In this document: positions 1-12,100 of the stretch, in pieces
Layout of the letters: every line of letters starts with the position of its first letter
Numbering within the stretch: the first letter of the stretch is position 1
Assembly (NCBI GenBank): GCA_964035545.1
Contig: OZ037771.1
Coordinates: 12,647,133 to 12,711,132 of the forward strand
Reading direction: 5' to 3'
From: Bugula neritina
Taxonomy: Eukaryota > Animalia > Bryozoa
DNA length: 64,000 nucleotides
The notes under the pieces: generated by a model
The model's input: the letters and a program-made list of their open reading frames with translations, nothing else
Told to the model about the DNA's origin: nothing
Databases searched by the model: none
Program-made: the position numbers and the translations under genes

Positions 1-34
1 AATTAACAATATTAGCAATATGATATAATTGCTT

Positions 35-52
35 ACACACACACACGCACTC

Positions 53-145
<93 letters not shown>
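35..145. repeat. (CA)n microsatellite
   Basis: Directly visible CA run. Confidence 0.95.
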
Positions 146-150
<5 letters not shown>

Positions 151-180
151 TACAATGTAGACTGAGTGGTCTGTTGTAAG

Positions 181-3100
181 GTTCAAGGTGACAATGCCAG
201 TAACCTTGACCTTGGTGCAGTACAGAGAGGGGATGCAGAGATGGAGCAGAAGATGAATAGAATAATCAGGGCATGCATAGAGAGTGAGGAAGGGGCAGGC
301 AATCTCATACGAAGTATACATGATCAAGGGGCTGGGGGAAATGGTAAAGTACTTTTAAGTGTGACATTCCTTCACAAAACAAAAAATAAAAAAAATTTTT
401 TCTGAAGTGGAATGCGAAATGTTCTATGCAGGCAGTGTTAATCAAATTTATTAAAAACTGTTTGTCTAATCCTCCCATAAGTTGTCATATGATAGGAGAG
501 TTTCATTGTCTTCCCTCCAGGAAATGTGTTGAAAGAGATTTGTGAACCGAATGGTGCGGTAATACATAGTGATGCATTTGAACTGGGTGACCCAACCATC
601 AATATATTGGAGTTGTGGGGAGCTGAGTACCAGGTAAGTGTTTGGAGACAGTTAGTTGGGTATTCAGTAGTTTGTTGTGGGAACTGACTATTTGGTGAAG
701 ACTTGCCAGATATTTGCTATGTGAAACTTTGAATGATTGGCTGTGATGTTGTTAAGTTACTGTCATGTTGCTAGGTTACTGTCATGTTGCTAGGTTACTG
801 TCATGTTGCTAGGTTACTGTCATGTTGCTGTCCTATTACAGGAGAGTAATGCATTGTTGATAGACTCTGAACACAAGTCACAGCTGTCTAGCATAGCAAA
901 AAGAGAGAAATGTCAAGTCGACTTTGTCGGTGAAATTACTGGTACTGGCAAGGTAGGGTATTTCTAGGTAACATGTTGAAAAACTGTGCTATACTATTTT
1001 TTTATGTGTCATAAATTGTCAGCAAAAGTGAAACTTGAGTGACCAACTGTATTTGCCTTTGACTTTACTGCCCTACTATATATTATTTCATGTTGAAATC
1101 TTACTCGCTATTTTCACAAGTTTGCAATTAATTGAAATAAAACTGTAAAATTAAACCTTAAAAAGTGGACTCGTTAATAGTGATCCACCAATAGATCACT
1201 GCCTCAGAAACTTGTAGCAGTATTCGTTCAGCATTTTGATTTCTGTACTAAACAGTCCATTTTTCCACTTGTGTGAAGTTTTAGCTAGCAGTCCATGCGG
1301 AATTTCACTTCAAGTGGCCTTGGCCTTAGCTTTTGTTTGTAGCTCATAGAGATGTAGATGGAATTTTCCCCCTACTGTTTCTTATTTCTCATATTTTTTG
1401 ACTTTGATGTATTGTACAAGCTTATATCTGCTTACTCGTATGATAAAAACATCTTCAAAGAGTTGCCTTTGCATTCACTCTCAGGTTCAACTCACCCCGT
1501 TTGGTTATCTCAAAGGAAAGCAAGAAGAGCAAACTGATGGAAACGGGCAGTTATCTCCACCACGTAAAAAGCTGTGCCCAGTGTTTCCTGTTGACTTGGA
1601 GCTGGAGCATGTTCTTGGAGATATGCCCAAAAAGGTAGACAACATTCTTTCAGCTTCTAATCGGTAATCGGTATTCTATCAAGTGTGGTGGTCAAGCCTT
1701 CGTGTCACAAGGCACAAGCTTTTTAGTTCATCATTACTTGGAGTTGTGTTTCCTTTTAGGTGTTCAATTTGAAAAGAATAGCTTCAGTTTTAAAACCACT
1801 GAAACTGCCAAACGATGTACAAGTTTATGATGCACTGAGTAGAGTTCTGCGCCTCCCGTCCGTTTCGTCTAAGCGATATCTCACAAACAAGGTGAGACTC
1901 AATGGAAAATCTAGTATTTAATATTATGTTGATGTTTATGTATGGGCCGTCAAGTATAATTATTTGAAAACATTGTTGTTCATATTTTCAAATGTCTTAC
2001 TATTGAAATTTGTTGCTCTGCCCCCTTCAGGGCTTCAGTCACCGGGGCTTACACATATCCACCCGCAAACTCAGGTTGTGTTGTGAATTTGGGCTACATG
2101 CTGATATCTTCTCCCCCGCTGTTACCCGAGTGGATGTTGTAGGTTGACAGATCAGTGACTGGTCTAGTGGCACAGCAGCAGTGTGTGGGTCCGCTACACA
2201 CTCCTCTGGCAGACGTCGCCGTCACTGCGCTGTCGTACTGGGACACTAAGGGTGCTGCCACCTCTATTGGCGAACAGCCAATCAAAACACTTGTATCACC
2301 GCAGTGCGGGGCTAGAATGTCTGTTGGAGAAGCATTGACCAACTTGTCGTTTGCTCTAATTACAGAACTGAAGGTAAATAGTCTCCTCTGCTTGATGGTT
2401 GCCCTGATATTATTAGTAACATGACCTCACATAGTAAGTACAGTATTCTATTATTAGTAACATGACCTCACATAGTAAGTACAGTATTCTATTATTAGTA
2501 ACATGACCTCACATAGTAAGTACAGTATTAGTCTAGAAGTAACCTCCCAAAAAGTGCTCAAAAAATTGACTTATTACACTTTACTAGGTGGCCACTCAAA
2601 AAAAGTTGTTTCTATATCAAAATTTTGTGCTGATTCTGAATCTACAAACTTTAGAATTCTATCTCTACCCAAACTCAAGTTATTGAAAAAAACAAACCGA
2701 CATTTTGAATGGGTGATAAAAATAAATGTGGATTGTGCAAAATAGTATCCAATTTTATCAAGCTATTTTGAAGAAAAAATATTTGCTGTAATACCAAAAA
2801 TAATTGCCTCTTACTTAGAATTCTATGCTGATACTGAATTTAAAGACTGCAAGGCACTATCTCAAATTAAAACCAAGTTGTTTATCTAAACATATATGTT
2901 TGTTATGAATCGACATATTGCATGCGGCATAAGCATGCAGAATAGTTGTATGACCAAGCTATTTATACAAAAATAAAAACAAAGTCATGCTGATGTGTGA
3001 AAAAACTATATTTATAAAATCATAGCACAAAATAAATGTTGAAATGAACAAATATTGAAATCTTTTGAGCACAGCCCAAGTGAATCATTTGCTAGTCTGT

Positions 3101-6100
3101 CAGTAACCGTTAAACATCCGCAAAAATCAACAAGATTCTGTAAAATTATTTAGAGGAACAGAAGCATGAGAGATGATCAAAATCAAATTGGTTGCATCAA
3201 AATATATAACAAATGTCTAAAAATAGTGCTTTATTATGAAAAAGTATTCTCGTCACCATTGTCACTGCCGTCAATCTCATCAGCTTCTTCCCCAATATAG
3301 AGCTTCTTCTCAGACAATCCTTACATTGACAAACATCAGTGCATGCACTGCATTTGAGACTTCTGACATCCACATCTTGATATGTTGTAGTTGGTCTTAC
3401 AGGAGCAGTTTAAATTTTGCAATATACATGTTCAGGTGCGGAAGCTTGAATCATCTACTTTATATTTATGCTGCCATGATTCTCAACAATCTTTTCATAA
3501 TGTTCTGGGGGTGGTGCATCAATATAGGCTGTTGTCACCCTTCTTCAAATGGCTGCCTGATAAATTGCTCTTTTTACGTGCAAATTTAATTAATCTTTTG
3601 TTGGAGGCGAACTGTATTAAGTTATTTTAGACGGCGAACAAAATACAGTGTATCGGACATTATCTATATTTGAATTTCCTGCTACATAAAGTTTATAGAC
3701 AAATTGTTCTACTTCAGCCGCTGTAATGGCTTACAGCTTAAAATATTTCCCAAGGTGTTTAAAGCTTCCCATACATGAATATTTTCTCGAAAGAAAGTAG
3801 GCTGTGCGCTATCCTTTTCCATAAAAAGCACTATAGTCGAATAACAACCTGTTAAAGCATGAAATCTAGTAAGTGCTGCACACAACTGCATGCGGTCTGG
3901 ATTTATTTGCTGCAATGTTGACATCCAAATACCTAATATGATTATGGTTTCCTCCCACCTAGACGCTGTTTTTATTTTGTTACCATATATCAATATTACC
4001 TATATAACTGTTGAATTGATTGCTAAATAGCTAATATGCTAATAGCTATAGTAGCTAACATGAATTATCTAGAATAATATTTTATTATTTTTACGAATTT
4101 GTGTGAGGCAAAAAGTAGTAATACATTAATAATAGACACTATATATCTTTAATGGATGCTTATTAACAAAAAATCTTTTTAAACAACAGGCAAGATGTAT
4201 AGAATATACAAAATTAATAAGTTAATGCAAATCAAAGGAATTTATTTATGTGCTAAATAACAAGCAATTGATCCAAGTTTATTTAAATATACACATTTTT
4301 CAATAATATTAAAATAAGTTGCATACATGAAAATACATTTTACCAAAATAAATAACCAGCGTCTAAGTAGGAAATTTAGCCTAGTCTTTATCTGGGATGA
4401 CACCATGATTATGACACCCGTGTAAAAATATAATTGGTAAGAAGGTAATGTTTTGCTAATAGCGAGACTTAGGATGAAAACATCAGTGTCTTGAGATTTA
4501 ATTATTGCACGTAGGATTATGATGTTCATAAGATATTTTGCATGTAACAAAAGTTGTGTATCTGATTCCTTATGATCTAATTGTAAACATTTGAGTTCTG
4601 ATTCCTTAAGAATTCCACCATGTTTGAAAAATTGTAGCTGAGCTTTTTTTTTTGGTATGCAACAACTATAATAATAATATTGTTCTCTAAAATATTTTTA
4701 CTCTATGTTTCACACAAAAATGCACCAGTCTCACACTCAGCTTGTTTTATTTGCTGATAAGAAATTATTATTTTTGTGACAAATGGCACACAGGAAAAAA
4801 GTACATGCCTATGATCTTTGAATAAGGCAGCCCAAGATCATTTTTCTAATGGTTGGCCTAAATATAACCATATATATTTTAAATTATAGGGAAGCTTTAG
4901 GGTATTTCTTCTGTAACTATAAATGAGCTAAATTGACTCTAGAGTCATTATATTAAGATAGTATAAAAATATGCATTTTAAGTAATAGCATTGTTTTAAA
5001 AACCAAATTGCTTATTTATATATAGTTCAGCCTAAATTTATTGGCAAAGCTCAATCGTACACATTTAAAATATTATCTTCTGGAGTCCAGATCAACCTGC
5101 TCATGCTTCGATCATTACTTTTTTGTAAAAGTAGTTATTATAATAAAAATTGTGAGGAAATCATTGTCAGACACAGATTTACTTATAATTCGGCTTTTTT
5201 ATAGTTGATCAATTATGTTTGCCTTAAACTAAAAAAACCCATTCCATTGCTTGTTTTCGTCCATACAGTCCACTTATTTTCATATTTTTTCACAAGAAAA
5301 TCACTAGAATTAAACTCAGAGAAGTGAAAAATACATCTATGATTATCTGCGAAAGTTTTTGCTTGTATATATAATAAACTAGCTTCAATAATTTCAAGAT
5401 AATATTTAATGAATTTGGACAAAGTTGTGGGGAAACAACTCCTATAAAATTTTAAAGAGCTTTTGTGACTAACTGGGTGGACAGAAAAATTTAGAGTTTT
5501 TATAACAGAAAAGTGAAAAGAGTATCTATAATTATCAGCAAAATTATTTTGCTTATATAAAATAAATTAGCTTGAATAATTCCAAGATATTTAGCTGCTT
5601 CACAAAAACGTTAAGAGAAAACAACTCCTGATTAATTTTAAAAGTTTGAAGCGCTTTTGTGGCTAACTGGGTACACAGAACAGTCTAGAGTTTTCACAGA
5701 TTAATTAGGACCCTTCAAACTCTCCATTTCTAAAAAAATTGCGTGGCCACCCCTCGGAGTGTAATGAGTGAAAGATAATTGGAGGTTACTTCTAGACTAT
5801 ATTCTATTATTAGTAACATGACCTCACATAGTAAGTACAGTATTCTATTATTAGTAACATGACCTTACATAGTAAGTACACTGTTCTATTATTAGTAACA
5901 TGACCTCACATAGTAAGTACACTGTTCTATTATTAGTAACATGACCTCACATAGTAAGTACACTGCTCTATTATTAGTAACAGAACTTGTCAATGGAGCT
6001 GTAGGTTAACTATGTCAAGGTTACTATAGTACTGTGTGCTTATCTCCTCTTTCCTGTCTACTTTGAAGGACGTGAAGTGCAGTGCTAATTGGATGTGGCC

Positions 6101-9100
6101 GGCGAAGCTGCCGGGCGAAGGAGCTCGCATGTACGATGCGTGTGAGGCTATGAGTGTTGTGATGAAGCAGCTCGGCATCGCTGTCGACGGTGGTGAGTCA
6201 TGTGGAGTGCAAGTCTCATCTACTGCAGTTGTAGCTAGTTCAAGTGTTTAATATTGATTGATTGAAGAACCTTCTGTATTTACTAATTGGTTTCTTTGAG
6301 GAATTTTATATATTTATTAGACTTGTCGAATCTAACTGGCTTTGCCTAAATAGCGTAGGGCTTGTTGTATTTATATGTGCCCATGTCTGTGTTGGCAGCA
6401 TGCTGTGTGTACATAGTTTCAGTTACCATTACTGCAGGTAAAGACTCACTAAGCATGGCGGCTAGAGTTAATGATGCTACAGTCAAATCTCCTGGAACTG
6501 TTGTTATCTCCACCTACGCTGCGTGTGAAGACATCACTAAAACTATAACTCCTGACTTCAAGTGCCCAGACTCTATTGGTAATTGTCCTTTCTTCTTCCT
6601 CCTGCGGCTCTAGTGCTAGGCTGCCATATTTATCCACTCTAGAAATATTGAGCTCAGCATTGGGAGTTGTGTCCCCACAGGCCATATATTACAAAATCTT
6701 TTATTCACACTGTTAATGCAAGTGTTTATGCTATTAGCCTCATTAGATCAGAGTAGTTTGTCGTTTTAACCTTGACCTTCACTTTTTAGCATTAGTTTCC
6801 TTTGTTAAAACATTTTACCAAGAAATGTAGTATATATTCAATTGTTGGCCTATTGTTGACCAGTTCCACAGCCGTTTGATATAAGTATGAATAGTTTTTT
6901 AACCTTTTTTTATAAAACTGCATTGTTCATTTGCTATAAAATTTACTGTGCTGTTCTCAGGTGAGCTAGTTTACATCAACCTGTCTAAAGGCCAGTCCAG
7001 CAGACGCGTGGGCGGATCAGCTCTGGCCCAGGTTTACGGACAAATAGGCGACGTTTCTGCCGATTTGGATGACTCGGACCTGTTCAGCAGATGTTTCCAG
7101 ACTTTACAAACTCTAATCAACAGTAAGTATTAGTAAATCACCTTTATCTGTCAGCTCTTTATCTGCTAGCTCTTTATTCGCTAACTTTTTGGCTGCTAGT
7201 TTTCCATCTGCCTTTTTCTGTTATTGCTAAATCAATTTATTCAATTACTTAAGTTTTTGTTTCTTTAAATTAAAAAATTCGGGTCATCCATTTTGTGACG
7301 AGTTTAAATTTATATGAGAATTCGTGGTCATTAATCTTTTAATTAGTAAGTATTTTTAATAAGATTTGATTTTTGAAGTCCTATTTAGGTTAGAAAAATA
7401 AAAAAAGAACTTTTGACTTTGGGCTTCGCTGAGGACTCGAACCCGGAACCTCCTGCACCCCTTACCTTAGGTGCAGTGCTCATACCACTCAGCCAACTGT
7501 TCCCTTGATATTTTAAGGGCATATTTCGTTATAATAATGGTATCACAACAATTAATTAAAACCAATTAAATTGCCTGAAAAAATTTATTATCCAATTAAA
7601 ATATTTCTCGTTGCAACAATGCATAGTTTGAATATTTTTTTAATAATTTTAAATATTGTCGTAATGAAAAATGACCCAAATTTATGTACTGTCATTATTG
7701 AAAACATATTTCATAAACAGCAAATTTAATTATCGTTTTCATTTTTTATTTAAACTGTATTTTTAGTAAGAACTCAAAAAAACAGATTTCACATGACCCA
7801 GTTTAGTTTATAACTTCATGCTTCAAATTATTTACCATTTTTACTAAACAAATGAGATTAACTAAAATTTGATAGTGTTAGAATAGACTTGTGTTATGAC
7901 GCTGTTGAGAATTTATTTGAAAGGTTTCATTAGATACACTATTTTTACAGATTTGTTCAATAAGTATATTATATGCATAAAAATAGTCCTACATATATTA
8001 TTATAAGCAGGTAAAATGTAGCCATAAGTATACTATAAAAAACTCACGCAAGTTTATAGTCACCATCTCTGTGAGAAACCCCTGATAAAAAGGGCTTTTT
8101 AAATCAGGCTAAGGACTTATTTAAATGAGGCACAGGAGCAATTATGACTGGATGCTCTTCCTAACATTACTAATGGCCTTAGTCAGGGCTCGAACCTATG
8201 ATCTTGTGTTTACTAGGCAAACGCTCTCACCCCTAGACCACGGCTGCTCTCTAGCCATAGGTATACTATAATCAGGTAGAATGTAGCCACAATGTACACA
8301 ATAAGAAGGTGTAATGTAGTCTGTGCCATGTTCTGTAGAGGGTTTAGTTACCGCCGGACATGATGTGAGTGACGGTGGGGTGTTGACTTGTCTCCTAGAA
8401 ATGGCGTTTGCTGGTAACTGTGGTGTGGAAGTCTCATTCCTATACCCTGGAGATATTGACGATACCGTAGATGGTAAACTATACTTTGTTCTGCTTGCTG
8501 ATATTATTCATAAGTTCAGCCATCCTATATAATTTAGGTGTGGGCAACTGGGGACCCCGGGGTCACCTGTGGCCTTTTGCCAATTTTTCAGTGGCCCTTT
8601 TAATGCTTAAGATCAGTAAAAACTGTTGTATACATTCTGATTAGCACAGTCTAGGTTTGGTGACCAATTTCTTTATTATAATAAAATTTAATATGTGTAC
8701 AATCATGTGGCCCTTCGTTTTGGCTGACTTCTAAACTTGGTTTCCCACCCCTGCAGTATATATGTATAGTCCTGTCCATTTTATATACTCTCATAGGTAC
8801 AATGTAATCTACTGCAATACAATGTCTCTTTTATTTAATTTCTCGTACATGGGATGTGATCTACTATATAATACAATGTAGACAGATGCTTTTCATATTT
8901 AAGTGTTGTCTACCCTCTTCCACGAGGAGCTGGGGTATATCTTAGAGGTCAAAGGGTCACATCTCCAGGAAGTGCTGACACTTTTTCAACAAAACAACAT
9001 TGAGTGTCAGCATATAGGAATCTCCACTGCTTCAACCACAGTATGTAGTGTTATATAATAATAGTATACGGTATGTAATGTTATATAATAATATACAATA

Positions 9101-12100
9101 GAAATGTATCAACGCAATCTTTAAACTATAGTTTTAAAGCTAACGTTGTTTCAACCAGGCCAGCAATGTGTTCTTCCGGTAGTATTTCACGCTCTTATCA
9201 AGCTAGAATTGTAAAACAGTTGGTTTGCGTTTCTTTATTTTGTCAATTGTATCAATATTGTGATTATGTCAATTATTGTTTATTGCTCTATAAATGTTTT
9301 CTTTTGCTGCTGATTTTTGAGTCACACACTTTGCTGACCTTATATGTGACCTTGACCTGGTTACCTTGACCTTTTATCTGACCTTGTATCACGGGCTTTC
9401 CATGTACCGATCTCAGATCGATCTCAGATCGATCTCGCTGAGATCGATCTGAGAAATGTGCTCAGATCGATCGTTTTTCCATGAGAGTGTCAGATCGATC
9501 TCGCGAAGTTGCCTCCTCTTAAGTGAAGGATACTTTAAAAGTATATTTTGTTTACCTATTTGAGTGATTAAAGCTATTACTGCTGAAAACAAGATGGTCG
9601 TAGTCTAAAATTTAATCCCAGCTATAAACTATACGCAGCAAAGCTTTCAGGGTATGGTAATTTGGCCAATTTAAAATAATTAATTTTAATTTTTTAGCGA
9701 GACAGTTTATATAAAATTAATGGCTGTCTTGCAGATTATTAATAAACTTACCGGACTGTTAGGCTTAAAATTACAAAGAAAATAGCTAATGAAACTAAGT
9801 TTTAATAGTCATTTAAATTCAATTTAAATTCTCCCATTTTTTTACCTTCTACTGCATATAATTGAGTTTTCTTAATCATTGTACTGAAAGACAAAGTTTT
9901 GGCATCCGAAAAGGTGGCAATCATAATTATTTAATACTTTGCTTAGTAATTATCAATAAGTTATCATTTTTATTAGCAGACAACATTGTAGCGCGCAGTC
10001 TTTTTCTACTTCTCAGATCGATCTGGTGTCTTTCCATGGTCTTATTGACATGAGATCGATCTGAGTTCGAGCTCTACAGACCGACCAGCTCAGAACGACT
10101 GAGATCGATCATTGCCGTCTTTCCATGGATCGATCTCGCCGAGATCGATCTGAGATCGGTACATGGAAAGCCGGTGTATTTGACCTTGATTTGTTGACTC
10201 TGTGTCTGATCTTGACCTGTTGACCTTGAACTTTTATTTGACCTTGTATCTGACCTTGCCTTGCAGGAATGTGCAATCTCTCTCAGCTGTGGAGACAGTG
10301 ACTCATCTGGTGAGAAAGTGACTATACTTAAACAGGATATGAGGTCACTGAGGGACTTGTGGGAACAGACCAGCTTCCAGTTAGAGTTGGCTCAGTGCAA
10401 GAGAGAGTGTGTAGTGCAAGAACAGAGTGGTATGGCTGGTAGAAGGAGTCCCCCCTACAAACTTTCTTTCAACTCTGAAGATACAAGGACTAGACTAACA
10501 CTACCCGGTACATTTAACACCTCAAGTGAACATTAATCTGTATTATTATGTTATACAGTGTTATACAAATTTCTTATTACAAAAATGCAGCTACTTTATG
10601 AAGTTTAGCCTACTTCTACCTTGAATATTAAAATAAAACTAAGCAATGACTTTGCAAGTTTTGCTCAATTTTTTTTTTATTTCCAGCACTGGTAACAATA
10701 GGTGGTAACATTGCTAAGTACCGATGTTGTTTGTATTGACTAACACACAGCATACTCGGTATTCAGAATTTCCATCACTGTAGTACTAGGCGTAGTTTTG
10801 TCAGTGATGTTTGTGTTCGCACAGCACAATCTGTATTTAAACTGTTGTGGTAACTTCAGCTGTCCTGTCCTCCCCTCGTGTCGCTGTCATAAGGGAAGAA
10901 GGATCCAATGGGGACAGAGAGATGGCCGCTGCCTTCTATACTGCAGGATTTGAAGTGCATGACGTCACGATGACTGACCTGCTGTCTGGTTCTGTTAGTT
11001 TGGAGAAGTTCCAAGGTGTGGCCTTCGTCGGAGGGTTCAGCTATGCTGACGTCTTGGGCAGCGCAAAAGGTGGGTGATTCAACTGAAGGTGGGTGATTCA
11101 ACTGAAGGTGGGTGATTCAGCTAAAGGTGGGTGATTCAGCTAAAAGTGGGTGATTCAGCTAAAAGTGGGTGGTTCAACACAAGTCTTATCTCTATATCTT
11201 GCTTTGTTGTGGCAAAAAATTAGGCATTGGAATTTATTCTCTTTCTTCTGCATGTAATGTCTGAGCAGCTTCGATGATGTCATAGAGGGCATTCGTTTCT
11301 GTGTTTTATAAGAAGCAATCCTCCTCTCTCCCCTAGCCTTACTTCTACTGTGTTTTGATACAGAATATCTCTTAAAACTTTAGATGTGTTTGTTACAGTG
11401 TTGAGGTATGAATTATGTTGATATTTACATGCAGGCTGGGCCGCTACTGTTCTGTACCATGAGTCAGTTAATCTCCAGTTTAAGCAATTCCGTAACAGAT
11501 CCGACACGTTCAGTTTGGGGGTGTGCAACGGCTGCCAACTGATGACTCTCCTCGGCTGGGTTGGAGACTTTCAGGACTCTGGTTAGTATTTTATTCAGGG
11601 GAGACAATTTCCAAGTCTAAATCTCACTATGAGTTATCTCCTCTATTGTTTTGTAATAAAAGTGATTTAAATCATTGTGTTTTTTTACTAATCTCTTTAT
11701 AGGAAATTTCTTATAATTTCAAAATATTTGGCATCTTCATTGATTTGACACCTTAGAGTTGTTCTCAAAGCAAAATGTGATGAAATAATAGCAATTAGTT
11801 TTCTAACTTATTAGAGATTGTTGCTCTGTTTAATTTATGGTGATGAAAGATTCAATAACCATTCCACTGTAAGTTACTGCAGTCTTGCGCTAAGCTAATA
11901 AACCTTTCATGTAGCAAAAGCTGAAGAAGGTTGCAGTGTCTTCATGGATCACAACACATCTGGGAGGTATGAATCTCGATTCTCTACCGTGCGCATAGAC
12001 GACAGTCCTTCTATCATGCTTCAGGGAATGAAAGGGTCAACACTTGGTGTGTGGGTGGCCCACGGGGAAGGTGAGTCATGCAAAGAATTTCTACGCTACT

